Counted from the first letter of the stretch, positions 18,186 through 27,892 are shown. The stretch is 35,547 bases of DNA from Anaerolineales bacterium (GCA_046259355.1 JBJYWH010000366.1:1-35547); one strand, 5' to 3'. Notes: generated by a model not told the origin, from the sequence alone. Translations and numbers: made by a program.

Positions 18186-19061
18186 ATGCCTACATTGAAG
18201 CTCGGTCTGGCCCAGATCAACACTGTTCTCGGGAACCTCGATTCCAATCTCGGTCAGCACCTGGCGCTGATTCAGCGCGCCCGTGCGGAAGGCGCCGACC
18301 TTCTGATCTTTCCTGAGCTTTCGCTAACGGGCTATGTCCTCCAGGATCTGACCCCGGAGGTCGCCCTTGTTCCGAATCGTGATGATCCCGTCTTCGGTCA
18401 GCTGCTGGAGGCGAGCAAAGACATCGACCTGGTCGTGGGTTTCGTCGAGGCAGAACGCCGGCACCGATTCTTCATCGCCGCCGGCTACCTTTCCGGCGGC
18501 GAGGTGATCCACATTCACCGCAAAGTCTATCTTCCAACCTATGGACTTTTCGATGAGGGGCGCTTCTTCGCCTGGGGCGATACGGTGCAGGCTTTTGATA
18601 CCCGTTTCGGACGCTTTGGGATGCTGATCTGCGAAGACTTCTGGCATGCCTCACCCCCATATTTGCTCTGGCTCGATGGGGCCGAGCTGATGATCCTTAT
18701 CTCGGCCTCGCCCGGGCGGGGCCTCTCGCATGCTGGACGGCTCGAATCGGCCCAATGGGTGGAGCGCATCAACCAGGCTTATGCCAGCCTCTTTACCATC
18801 TTCGTGGCTCACACTAACCGGGTAGGATTTGAGGACGGGTTGAACTTCTGGGGCGGAGCGACGGTATTCGATCCCGATGGCTCGCTGCTCGTGCGTGGAC
18901 CCGACCATGAACCCGCGCTCACCTACGCCGAACTGGACCTCGCTCAGCTGCACCGCACGCGTGCCCGATTACCGCTGCTGCGGGATGAACGAACGCACTT
19001 GATGTCGAAGGAATTGACGCGTATTCTCGATTCCAGCCGGACGCTGGCTGACCGGTCCTGA
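18186..19061 (+). CDS. Nitrilase/carbon-nitrogen hydrolase; probable glutaminase subunit of NAD+ synthetase
   Basis: E-K-C triad in FPELS, HRKVYLP and ICEDFW; lies directly upstream of nadE. Confidence 0.88.
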   Translation: MPTLKLGLAQINTVLGNLDSNLGQHLALIQRARAEGADLLIFPELSLTGYVLQDLTPEVALVPNRDDPVFGQLLEASKDIDLVVGFVEAERRHRFFIAAGYLSGGEVIHIHRKVYLPTYGLFDEGRFFAWGDTVQAFDTRFGRFGMLICEDFWHASPPYLLWLDGAELMILISASPGRGLSHAGRLESAQWVERINQAYASLFTIFVAHTNRVGFEDGLNFWGGATVFDPDGSLLVRGPDHEPALTYAELDLAQLHRTRARLPLLRDERTHLMSKELTRILDSSRTLADRS

Positions 19062-19089
19062 GATCCATGAGTTTAGTAAGGAGCAGGTT

Positions 19090-19923
19090 ATGGTGGAAGA
19101 ACATGATCCGCTTGCGATCGATCCCGACCTCACCACACGCATCCTGACCGGTTTCATCAGCACCGAAATCCAGCGAGCAGGGTTCGAACGCGGCGTGGTC
19201 GGCATCTCGGGCGGGGTTGACTCCGCACTTTCCTGCTTCCTGGCTGCCCGCGCCCTGGGTCCCGAGAATGTTCTGGCCCTGAGCCTGCCGTACAGCTCTT
19301 CCAGTCCAGAGTCCTTCGAACATGCACAGATGGTGATCCAGGCAACCGGGGTGCAGACAACATCCTACGACATAACACCAATGGTTGAGCCTTACTTCGA
19401 GGCTCACGCGGATATGGATCAGGTCCGGCGTGGGAATGTGATGGCACGCGCTCGAATGATCGTGCTGTTCGATCATTCCGCCGCGTTTGAGGGTCTCGTC
19501 ATCGGAACCGGCAACAAGACCGAGATCCTGCTCGGGTACACCACCCTTTACGGCGACAGCGCCAGCGCCCTCAACCCGCTCGGTGACCTGTACAAGACCC
19601 AGGTCCGCCAGCTGGCGAGGGCCATCGGCGTCCCGGAGGCGATTATTCAGAAACCACCCTCAGCCGATCTCTGGGCCGGACAGACCGATGAGGGCGAGCT
19701 GGGTTTTACCTATGCGGATGTCGATCGACTGCTCTACAAGCTGGTCGACCAGCGCTACGCGCCGGCTGCCTGCATCGAAGCCGGCTTCGATTCGATGTTC
19801 GTCCACAACGTGGTCGAACGAGTCCGGCAGACGCAGTTCAAGCGTGTGCTTCCCCCGATCGCCAAACTGAGCAACCGGACGGTGGGCTATGATTTCCTCT
19901 ACTTGCGGGACTGGGGTACCTGA
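19090..19923 (+). CDS. nadE: NAD+ synthetase (synthetase subunit)
   Basis: GISGGVDS PP-loop, NVMARARM, GTGNKTE, GYTTLYGD, LYKTQV and KPPSADLWAGQTDE motifs. Confidence 0.96.
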   Translation: MVEEHDPLAIDPDLTTRILTGFISTEIQRAGFERGVVGISGGVDSALSCFLAARALGPENVLALSLPYSSSSPESFEHAQMVIQATGVQTTSYDITPMVEPYFEAHADMDQVRRGNVMARARMIVLFDHSAAFEGLVIGTGNKTEILLGYTTLYGDSASALNPLGDLYKTQVRQLARAIGVPEAIIQKPPSADLWAGQTDEGELGFTYADVDRLLYKLVDQRYAPAACIEAGFDSMFVHNVVERVRQTQFKRVLPPIAKLSNRTVGYDFLYLRDWGT

Positions 19924-19944
19924 GATGGAAGGTCAGGAAACCGC

Positions 19945-20847
19945 ATGAAGCGAGCCGTCAGCGTCAGCATCGGTTCTTCGAAGCGGGATAAATCGGTCCG
20001 GGTTGAACTGCTCGGGGAGCAGGTCCAGATTGAGCGGATCGGCACAGACGGAGATCTGAAACGTGCCGCGCAGCTCTTCCGGGAGCTCGACGGGAAGGTC
20101 GATGCTTTCGGTGTAGGTGGAACCGACCTGGCGCTGCAGGTTGCAGACCGGACCTACCCTCTCTACTCGGTACAGCATCTTGTGCGGGATGTTCATCGCA
20201 CACCGATCGCTGATGGATCCGGTTTGAAAAACACGCTCGAATCCCGTCTGGCAACCTTCATCGATGCCCACCTCGGCCTCGGGGATCGGCCGCGCCGGGC
20301 GCTCATCACCAGCGGCGCCGACCGCTGGGGAATGGCTGACAGCTTCCTGAGCGGAGGTTATGAATGCGTCATCGGTGACCTGATGTTTGGATTGGGTCTT
20401 CCGATCCCGCTGCACAGCGAGCGATCGGTTCGGATTCTTGCGCGTGTGCTGCTGCCCGTCGTTGGCCGGCTGCCTTTCGAGTGGCTGTACCCGACCGGAG
20501 AGAAGCAGGAACAGAGCAAGCCGCGCTGGGGCCGATACTACCGCTGGGCAAGCGTCATCGCCGGTGATTGTCACTACATCCGCCACTACATGCCGCCAGA
20601 ACTCCCCAATAAGCTGATCGTGACGAACACGACGACAGAGCGCGATGTGGACCAATTTCGCGCAGCCGGCGTATCGTATCTCGTCACTTCAACCCCGGTC
20701 TTCGAGGGCCGTTCATTCGGCACGAACATGATGGAAGCAGCATTGATCGCCGCAGCGGGAAAAGGGCGTCGGCTATCAATGGACGAGATCAACGAGCTGA
20801 TCGAAGCGATCGGCCTGGAACCGCAGTTTCGCATCTTGAACCGGTGA
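19945..20847 (+). CDS. Conserved uncharacterised enzyme (family often auto-annotated 'quinate 5-dehydrogenase')
   Basis: MKRAVSVSIGSSKRD...ERIGTDGD, DGSGLKNTLE, TNTTT and GRSFGTNMMEA. Family recalled from memory; the function label is unreliable. Confidence 0.65.
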   Translation: MKRAVSVSIGSSKRDKSVRVELLGEQVQIERIGTDGDLKRAAQLFRELDGKVDAFGVGGTDLALQVADRTYPLYSVQHLVRDVHRTPIADGSGLKNTLESRLATFIDAHLGLGDRPRRALITSGADRWGMADSFLSGGYECVIGDLMFGLGLPIPLHSERSVRILARVLLPVVGRLPFEWLYPTGEKQEQSKPRWGRYYRWASVIAGDCHYIRHYMPPELPNKLIVTNTTTERDVDQFRAAGVSYLVTSTPVFEGRSFGTNMMEAALIAAAGKGRRLSMDEINELIEAIGLEPQFRILNR

Positions 20848-20868
20848 TATCAGGAGCAGCGCCTACCG

Positions 20869-21237
20869 ATGCCCACCAAACCCCGCGCGATATTCGATCC
20901 ACAGGTCTATCAACGCTGCCGCGAGATACCGGCCGGTCGTGTGACCACCTATGGCCGGCTGGCGGCGATGATCCCCCCGCCCCCCGGAATGGATCCGCTT
21001 GCGTATGACCGGGTGAAAGCCCGCTGGGTAGGCTACGCCCTGTCGAAATGTCCTCCGGACGTGCCCTGGCATCGGGTGCTCAACGCCCGCGGTGAAAGCA
21101 GCCTGCAGCCCGGCCGCGAGCTGCAGCGGGCACTACTGGAAGATGAGGGGGTGCGTTTCAACCCTTCCGGCCGGGTGGACCTGGATCAATTTCTGTGGGA
21201 TGGAAGCAGCCCCGCCAAAGAAACCGGGGGCTGGTGA
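20869..21237 (+). CDS. Alkyltransferase-like (ATL, Atl/YbaZ-type) O6-alkylguanine-binding protein
   Basis: IPAGRVTTYG, ARWVG and PWHRV (Trp in place of the catalytic Cys of PCHRV), then QRALLEDEGV. Confidence 0.9.
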   Translation: MPTKPRAIFDPQVYQRCREIPAGRVTTYGRLAAMIPPPPGMDPLAYDRVKARWVGYALSKCPPDVPWHRVLNARGESSLQPGRELQRALLEDEGVRFNPSGRVDLDQFLWDGSSPAKETGGW

Positions 21238-21270
21238 ATTGCCGCATCAACGCAAGAGGTGAGAATAGGT

Positions 21271-22047
21271 ATGGACGCTATCATTCTGGCCGGGGGACGA
21301 CCGGCACCCGATGACCCTCTTTTCGAACTCGCGAATGGAAGAAACAAGGCGCTGATTCCGGTCGCAGGCCGACCCATGGTCCAATGGGTCATCGATGCCC
21401 TGTGCGGCTCCCGGCGGGTCGAAAAGATGGTGCTGGTGGGACTGCAGCCCGAGTCCGGGTTGCAGAGCTCCAGGCCGACGGAGTACATTGCCGAGGGTGG
21501 CAGCATGCTGGCCAACGTCAAGGCCGGGCTGGAATATATCAACCTGACCCGGCCGGCGAACACTCATGTCCTGCTCGTTTCCTGTGACATTCCGACCATC
21601 ACGCCGGAAATCGTCGATTGGCGGATTGAAAAGGCAGAACAGGCGGATGCCGATCTGGATTATGCCGTGGTCCGGCGCGAAGTGATGGAAGCTCGCTTTC
21701 CGGATTCCAACCGCTCCTATCTCCGGATTCGGGACGGTGAATTCTGCGGCGGGGATCTCAATGTGCTGCGGGTCGGCCTGGCGGAGCGGGAAATGCTGTG
21801 GGAGAAGCTGATCGAAGCCCGCAAGAACGTCCTGCGCCAGGCGTCGATGCTGGGTTGGGATTTGCTCTTCCTGGCCTTGACGCGCATGCTCACGCTCGAA
21901 AATGCGGAAAGGAAAGTCAGTTCACGCTTGAAATTGAAGGGGCACGCCACCATTTCCCCGTTTGCTGAATTGGCCATGGATGCCGATAAACCACACCAGT
22001 TGAGCATCCTGGATCGCGACCTGTCTCATAAGGTCAAGCCAGCATGA
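21271..22047 (+). CDS. MobA-like nucleotidyltransferase family protein
   Basis: MDAIILAGG, KALIPVAGRPMVQWV, SCDIP and MDADKP motifs. Confidence 0.82.
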   Translation: MDAIILAGGRPAPDDPLFELANGRNKALIPVAGRPMVQWVIDALCGSRRVEKMVLVGLQPESGLQSSRPTEYIAEGGSMLANVKAGLEYINLTRPANTHVLLVSCDIPTITPEIVDWRIEKAEQADADLDYAVVRREVMEARFPDSNRSYLRIRDGEFCGGDLNVLRVGLAEREMLWEKLIEARKNVLRQASMLGWDLLFLALTRMLTLENAERKVSSRLKLKGHATISPFAELAMDADKPHQLSILDRDLSHKVKPA

Positions 22048-22559
22048 ATTCGAGTCGTTGGAATGACTTCGATCACCGCTGGTTGGAGCGGCTGGGAGTG
22101 GCCGACCGCCCCGGTCACCGCCGGCGAGCAGCCATCATCCTGGCCCATTCGGGCGATTCCTGGTTCTGGCTCGCCGGACTCGGAATACTGTGGCTGACAG
22201 CACACGATCCGTGGAGAGCCTGGGCGGCAAAGATGGCGCTCTCCATTCTGGCGCTGGCTGTGATCGTGATGATCATCAAATTCAGCATTCGCCGTGAACG
22301 GCCGGCCGGTGAATGGGGAGCGATCTACCGCCGCTCCGACCCACACTCATTTCCTTCCGGGCACGCCGCCCGCGCCGTCATGCTGGCAGTGCTGGCAATT
22401 GGCTGGGGACCAGCCTGGTTGGCCGTGCTGCTCGCGCTCTGGGCACCGCTGGTGTCGTTGGCTCGCGTTCTGATGGGGCTGCACTACCCGACGGATGTCA
22501 TCGCCGGCGGCGCGATCGGATTGCTGGGGGGGTTGATCTCCGTCCTGCTCTTCCCATAG
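22044..22559 (+). CDS. PAP2 family membrane phosphatase
   Basis: C1 KFSIRRERP, C2 SFPSGH and C3 ARVLMGLHYPTDV; ATGA overlap with the upstream gene. Confidence 0.93.
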   Translation: MNSSRWNDFDHRWLERLGVADRPGHRRRAAIILAHSGDSWFWLAGLGILWLTAHDPWRAWAAKMALSILALAVIVMIIKFSIRRERPAGEWGAIYRRSDPHSFPSGHAARAVMLAVLAIGWGPAWLAVLLALWAPLVSLARVLMGLHYPTDVIAGGAIGLLGGLISVLLFP

Positions 22560-22577
22560 CCTTGCTGGTCATCCCGG

Positions 22578-22612
22578 AAAACAAACAGGACCGCGCATAC
22601 ACGCGGTCCTTG
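22578..22612. terminator. Terminator hairpin between convergent PAP2 and LCP genes
   Basis: AGGACCGCG-CATACA-CGCGGTCCT at 22587-22610; T-rich tail GTTTGTTTT on the minus strand. Confidence 0.7.
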
Positions 22613-22634
22613 CATTCCTTGAGATATGGCGTCT

Positions 22635-24077
22635 TTATCGGGAGGCCGCTGACGTCAGCTTGGCGTAGAGTCCCTGCCAATCGTAACCAACAACGAGCGC
22701 CAGGTCGATTTCGTTTCCGGGGATTGTCTGGGACAGCACCTGGGACTGCGTGAGATTCATCAAGTCCACCAGATACTGCGCCGTGTAGGGATTGCCCGTG
22801 TAGTCCACGATGCGTGTCGTGGGGTAGTCCATGCGATCGGCGTTCCCGATCTCCGTGACAGTGAGCCCCAGTGCACGCAGCGCATCCGCGAACTTGCCGG
22901 CCAGTCCCTCCTCACCCGCACCGTTCAGCACGGCGATCCTGGCGTTCTCATCCTTGGCGGCCACCGCTGGATCCTCGACCGAAATCGAAGGACCGATGGC
23001 GCTGGTCGCGGCGAACACCTGATCTCGCAGAATCCTGATCTGATCGGGCACCGGTTTCAGCACCTGGGCTGCCTCACCGCCGTAGGTCACCGACTCGAGC
23101 GTGACCATGTCCGGCGGGGCAATCACGCCCTGGCTGACGTTCTCCGGCGGGATCTGCAGCACCAGCAGTCCAAGTGCGATCATCTGGTTCAGCGTCAGAT
23201 TGGTGCGGATCCCCTGCGCCAGGTCATTGTAAAGCGCCGGGGCCTTGGCAATCAGCGTCGGGAGCATGTTCAAGCGCAGGATCTGCGAGCGGATTGCCAG
23301 CGCGACCTGCTGCTGGCGCTGGGCCCGGTCGAAATCTCCGCCATCGGTATGGCGGTTGCGGGCATAGGCCAGCGCGACAGGTCCGCTGAGCGTCTGCACA
23401 CCGGGCTCGAGCGTGACGGTATTGTGCGGTCCAATCGGATCGACGGTGATTTCAGCCGGAACGTTGATCTCGACCCCACCCATCTCGTCAACCATCCGTT
23501 CAAAGGCGGTGAAATCTATCTGGACGTAGTAGTTAATCGGAACGCCGAGAAAATTCTCGACCGTCTTGACGGCAAGCTCGGGTCCACCTCCCGGCAGGCG
23601 GTCGCGCTCGCCGAGAAAATAGGCCGTATTGATTCGGCCATGGCCGTAGCCGGGTATCTCGACCCACAGATCGCGCGGGATCGAGAGCATGCCGGCTGTC
23701 TCCGATACCGGATCGACGGTCGCCAGCATCATCGAATCGGTACGCGGTGGGCCCTCGCCGTTCTCCCAGTCACGGTAATCGAGCCCCATCAGGAGCACCG
23801 TGACGCGTTCGTTGCCCTTCCACGGGTCCGGCAGCTGTTCCAGGGGAGCGACCGTCGACGTTGGCCCGGCTCCCTGGGTGCTTTGCGTACCGGAATCACG
23901 TGAAATGGAAAATGAGGGCAATCCGCTGCCCGACCAGCTGGTGGCCAGGTCGCGCACCATACGATAAACCAGGAAGATCGAAAGCAATCCCGCAACCACG
24001 AAAGCCCCGGCCAGCACCTTGATGAGCGCCGGGGGGATCTTTATGCGGCTGCGCTTCCTGCGTCTCTCTCCACTCAT
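22635..24077 (-). CDS. LCP (LytR-CpsA-Psr) family protein with C-terminal LytR_C domain
   Basis: TM anchor, RTDSMML, SIPRDLWV, ALAYARNRH, DFDRAQRQQ and C-terminal VLNGAGEEGLA...VVGYD. Confidence 0.93.
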   Translation of the reverse strand: MSGERRRKRSRIKIPPALIKVLAGAFVVAGLLSIFLVYRMVRDLATSWSGSGLPSFSISRDSGTQSTQGAGPTSTVAPLEQLPDPWKGNERVTVLLMGLDYRDWENGEGPPRTDSMMLATVDPVSETAGMLSIPRDLWVEIPGYGHGRINTAYFLGERDRLPGGGPELAVKTVENFLGVPINYYVQIDFTAFERMVDEMGGVEINVPAEITVDPIGPHNTVTLEPGVQTLSGPVALAYARNRHTDGGDFDRAQRQQQVALAIRSQILRLNMLPTLIAKAPALYNDLAQGIRTNLTLNQMIALGLLVLQIPPENVSQGVIAPPDMVTLESVTYGGEAAQVLKPVPDQIRILRDQVFAATSAIGPSISVEDPAVAAKDENARIAVLNGAGEEGLAGKFADALRALGLTVTEIGNADRMDYPTTRIVDYTGNPYTAQYLVDLMNLTQSQVLSQTIPGNEIDLALVVGYDWQGLYAKLTSAASR

Positions 24078-24129
24078 TCCTTAAAACATCCCGGAAAACC
24101 TGTTCAACGTTTTCGACCGGCGGATTATA

Positions 24130-26028
24130 TCACGCCGACTCTTCCCCATGAGCTGCCCGCTCCCACTGCTGGAGCTTGCTCTCCAGCGTTTCCTGCAGGG
24201 CGGCGTAACGCTCGCCAAGCCGCATGACCTGCTCCAGGTCCGAACCGGCCTGTTCGATCGCCTCAGAAACCTGGGTTAACTGCAGTTCAAGCGCCGTGAT
24301 ATTCGCCTCCAGCGCATCCAGGTCGACCTTTCCAGACTTCTGCAGGGGCTTCGGCTGCTGAGAGGTTCTTCGGCCGACTTCATGCGCAGCTGCCTCCTGC
24401 CGGGCCTGGCGGCGAGCGTCTTCATACGCATCATATCCGCCCAGATGGACCTCGAGCTGACCTTCGTCCGGCGTGACAACCCAGATCTGGCTTGCCAAGG
24501 CACGAATCAGGTAGCGGTCGTGTGAAACGAGCAGAATGGTGCCGTTGAAAGCTTCGAGCGCCGCCTGGAGCGTCTCCTGGGAAGGGATATCCAGATGATT
24601 GGTGGGCTCGTCCAGCAGCAGAAGATTCGCCCCCTGCAGGACGAGTTTAAGCAGGGCCAAACGGCCGCGCTCGCCACCTGAGAGCACGCGCACCATCTTC
24701 TCGACCTCATCACCGCTGAACGCAAACCGTCCCAACAGGCTGCGAGCTTCGGAGATGCGCAAGGTGGGGTCTGTATCGAGCACTTCTTCCAGGAGCGTTT
24801 TCCCGGGCCGCAGGCCGGCATGGGCCTGCTCGAAGTAACCACACTGCAGGCTGGCTCCAAGCGAAACTTCGCCATGGTAGGGATTTATTTCGCCCAGAAG
24901 CGTCTTCAAGAAGGTCGTCTTGCCCGCGCCATTGGGTCCGATCAAGGCCACACACTCACCGCGCAGCAGCGTCAAATCCGGCACACGGAAAAGCGCTGCA
25001 TCGGCGTCGGCATAACCGATCTCCAGGTCGGATGTCTGCAGCACAATATCGCCCGAACGCGTGGCTTCCGCAAAGCGGATCTGCGCTGTGCGGGTAGCCT
25101 CCGGCAGCACGATCGCGTTATCCCGCAGCATGCGTTCCAGCCGCTTTCGACGCCCCTGCGCCTGGCGGGTGTTTTGGCCGGCGATGTTGCGCTGGATGAA
25201 ATCTTGTTCTTTACGAATGTGCTCTTGCTGCGCCTGGAAATTCGCCTCCAGCAATGCCAGCCGCTGGGAACGCTGCTCGAGGTAGGCCGAGTAATCGCCG
25301 CGGTAATGCACGATGCCGTTCGGGGAAAGTTCCCAGACCTGATCGACTACCCGATCGAGGAAATAGCGGTCGTGCGAAACGATCACCGCCGCGCCCGAAA
25401 AATCACGCAGCCAGCCTTCGAGCCATTCGATCGCCTCCAGGTCGAGGTGGTTCGTGGGCTCGTCGAGGATCAGAAGATCAGGATCTTCAAGCAGAAGCCG
25501 GGCCAGCAGGGCGCGCGTCATCTCGCCGCCTGAGAGGCGGGAAAGCGGAGAGCCCATCTCTTGAGCATTAAATCCCAGGCCGCCCAGCACCTGCCGGATT
25601 CGGGCTTCATAGGTATAACCACCCGCGAGCTCGAAGGTCTCCTGGGCCATGCCGTACTGGAGCATCGCTTCGTCGACCTGGCGGGGATCGGCCATCGCCT
25701 GTTCGAGCTCACGCAGCCGCTGTTCTCGCTGAAGCAGGTCGGAAAATGCGCCCTGACACAGCTCCCACACCGTCTCGCCCGAATGGGTCCGGGCCGCATA
25801 GGAGGATTCCTGCGGCAGAAAGCCGATATCCAAACCGCGTGCACGCTGGAGGCTGCCATCGTCTGGCTGCTCCATCCCTGCCAGCAGGTGCAGCAGTGTG
25901 CTCTTACCCACCCCGTTCGGCCCGATCAATGCAATGCGCGCCTGGCGTGGAACGGTCAGGCTCACGCCGGTCAATACATCCTGCGCACCGTAGGATTTGG
26001 AGAGGTCATTCGCCTGGATCAGTGACAT
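24130..26028 (-). CDS. ABC-F family ATPase (ribosome-associated, two NBDs, C-terminal coiled-coil)
   Basis: Two GPNGxGK Walker A motifs, two LSGGE and two LDEPTNHLD motifs, no TM segments. Likely start MSLIQA at 26028. Confidence 0.93.
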   Translation of the reverse strand: MSLIQANDLSKSYGAQDVLTGVSLTVPRQARIALIGPNGVGKSTLLHLLAGMEQPDDGSLQRARGLDIGFLPQESSYAARTHSGETVWELCQGAFSDLLQREQRLRELEQAMADPRQVDEAMLQYGMAQETFELAGGYTYEARIRQVLGGLGFNAQEMGSPLSRLSGGEMTRALLARLLLEDPDLLILDEPTNHLDLEAIEWLEGWLRDFSGAAVIVSHDRYFLDRVVDQVWELSPNGIVHYRGDYSAYLEQRSQRLALLEANFQAQQEHIRKEQDFIQRNIAGQNTRQAQGRRKRLERMLRDNAIVLPEATRTAQIRFAEATRSGDIVLQTSDLEIGYADADAALFRVPDLTLLRGECVALIGPNGAGKTTFLKTLLGEINPYHGEVSLGASLQCGYFEQAHAGLRPGKTLLEEVLDTDPTLRISEARSLLGRFAFSGDEVEKMVRVLSGGERGRLALLKLVLQGANLLLLDEPTNHLDIPSQETLQAALEAFNGTILLVSHDRYLIRALASQIWVVTPDEGQLEVHLGGYDAYEDARRQARQEAAAHEVGRRTSQQPKPLQKSGKVDLDALEANITALELQLTQVSEAIEQAGSDLEQVMRLGERYAALQETLESKLQQWERAAHGEESA

Positions 26029-26043
26029 GGGGTCTCGCGGCGG

Positions 26044-26112
26044 ATTATACCCCAGCCCGCTCCACAGCTCACGGGCCGCCGTTTTCCAAGCCAGCGGGCG
26101 CTGGACTATAAT
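26044..26112. promoter_or_regulatory. Divergent promoters for ABC-F (-) and the selA operon (+)
   Basis: Minus: TATAAT at 26049-26044. Plus: TTCCAA (26084-26089), 17 bp, TATAAT (26107-26112). Confidence 0.6.
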
Positions 26113-26141
26113 TCCCACGAAGTCAATGAGAGCTGTGTTAA

Positions 26142-26540
26142 ATGTTTGATCAGCCATCTTCACCTTACCGCAATCTGATGATCAGCGCCGCCATCATGGC
26201 CGGAATCGGATGGCTGGGGCTGCTCCTGCTTCTGTTGGGTACCGTCCCGACCGTCGGCCCCCGCTGGCTGTTCTTCTTCCTGCTCGCCATCGCGCTGACC
26301 GGGACCGCGCTGCCGTTCGTCTGGCTGCTGCACCGCCGCTTTGATGGCGAACACCAAGCACCCGCTGCGACGCTGCTCCGTCAGGCGCTTCTTTTCACCT
26401 TCTACGGTGAAATCTGCACCTGGCTCCAGGTCAACCGCAGCCTGACACTTTCGCTTGCGGTACTCCTGGCACTCGGAATCAGCGCCGTCGAATGGTTCCT
26501 GCGGGTCCTCGAACGCGGCACGCGGAGGGTCGGCCGGTGA
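26142..26540 (+). CDS. Hypothetical small multi-TM membrane protein
   Basis: 132 aa with about four hydrophobic helices; stop overlaps the selA GTG. Confidence 0.75.
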   Translation: MFDQPSSPYRNLMISAAIMAGIGWLGLLLLLLGTVPTVGPRWLFFFLLAIALTGTALPFVWLLHRRFDGEHQAPAATLLRQALLFTFYGEICTWLQVNRSLTLSLAVLLALGISAVEWFLRVLERGTRRVGR

Positions 26541-27892
26541 GCTTGCGTGACCTGCCATCCGTTGACCGTCTGATCGGTCACGACTCAGCACAGGCATTGA
26601 TCGGTGAATTCGGCCGACCGCTCCTGCTGCAGGCCCTGCGTGCCCAGCTGGAACGCGAACGTGAAGCCATACGCACCGGCAGCTCCACCCCTGCAGCAGA
26701 GCAAATACTCGAACGCGCTCACCGCCTGGCTTCAGGATGGCTGCTTGCATCGCTCCGTCCTGTCATCAATGCTACCGGCGTTATCATCCATACCAACCTT
26801 GGCCGTGCTCCGCTCAGCCGGGCCGCGCGCGAGGCGGTGACCGCAATCGCCGGCAGCTACAGCACGCTGGAATACGATCTCCTGCCCGGTAAACGGGGCA
26901 AGCGGGATCAGCACGTCGATTCGCTCCTCAGCCGTATCAGCGGCGCCGAAGCGGCTCTGGTCGTCAACAACAACGCTGGGGCGATCCTGCTGGCACTCAC
27001 CGCCCTCGCACGCCGGAAAGAGGTCCTCATCTCTCGCACCCAGCTGATCGAAATCGGGGGCGGTTTCCGCATCCCGGACGTGCTGAAACAGTCCGGAGCG
27101 AAGCTGGTCGAAGTCGGCACCACCAACCGCACCCACCTGGCCGATTTCGAAGGGGCCATCAGCATAAAAACCGCTGCCATCCTGCGTGCGCATCATTCCA
27201 ACTTCAAACTGGTCGGGTTCACCACCGAACCTTCCCTGGCTGATCTGGTCCAGGTCAGCAAAGAACACGGTCTCGTCCTGCTCGACGACCTCGGATCCGG
27301 CGCGCTGATCGACACCGCGCCATTTGGCCTCGGGCATGAGCCTACCGTGCAAGAATCGCTCCAGGCGGGTGCTCCACTGGTGGCCTTTTCGGGGGATAAA
27401 CTGCTGGGCGGACCGCAAGCCGGGCTGCTGGTGGGCGAGAAAACGCTCATCGAAAAGCTTCGCAAACACCCACTGGCTCGGGCATTGCGGCCCGATAAAC
27501 TCTGCCTGGCCGCGCTCAGCGCCACGCTGGGGCACTACCTGCGTGATGAGGCGCTGGACCAGATTCCAATCTGGCAGATGATCTCGGCGCCGCTCGGCGG
27601 CCTGGAGCAGCGCGCAGCCGGCTGGCGGGATGCATTGAAGCGCGGCAACGTCGTGCAGGGTCAGTCGACCGTTGGCGGCGGCAGCCTGCCGGAGGAAACC
27701 TTGCCCACCTGGCTGCTGGCCATCGAAACCGACCGACCCGACAGCCTGGCGGCACGGCTGCGGGAATTGGATCTGCCGATCATCGCCCGGATCGAATCGG
27801 ACCAGCTTGTGCTCGATCCGCGCACCGTCCTTCCCGAGCAGGACCAGGCTCTTCTGCATGGCCTTCGCCACGCGCTGGAAATGAAAGCCTGA
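26537..27892 (+). CDS. selA: L-seryl-tRNA(Sec) selenium transferase
   Basis: LRDLPSVD, VINATGVIIHTNLGRAPL, VNNNAGA, EIGGGFRIPD, EVGTTNRTH and PLP-Lys FSGDKLLGGPQAG. Confidence 0.96.
   Translation: MSLRDLPSVDRLIGHDSAQALIGEFGRPLLLQALRAQLEREREAIRTGSSTPAAEQILERAHRLASGWLLASLRPVINATGVIIHTNLGRAPLSRAAREAVTAIAGSYSTLEYDLLPGKRGKRDQHVDSLLSRISGAEAALVVNNNAGAILLALTALARRKEVLISRTQLIEIGGGFRIPDVLKQSGAKLVEVGTTNRTHLADFEGAISIKTAAILRAHHSNFKLVGFTTEPSLADLVQVSKEHGLVLLDDLGSGALIDTAPFGLGHEPTVQESLQAGAPLVAFSGDKLLGGPQAGLLVGEKTLIEKLRKHPLARALRPDKLCLAALSATLGHYLRDEALDQIPIWQMISAPLGGLEQRAAGWRDALKRGNVVQGQSTVGGGSLPEETLPTWLLAIETDRPDSLAARLRELDLPIIARIESDQLVLDPRTVLPEQDQALLHGLRHALEMKA

Noticed and set aside
20869-21237. Inactivated ogt/MGMT pseudogene
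   Set aside because: PWHRV is the normal signature of functional ATL proteins, not decay.
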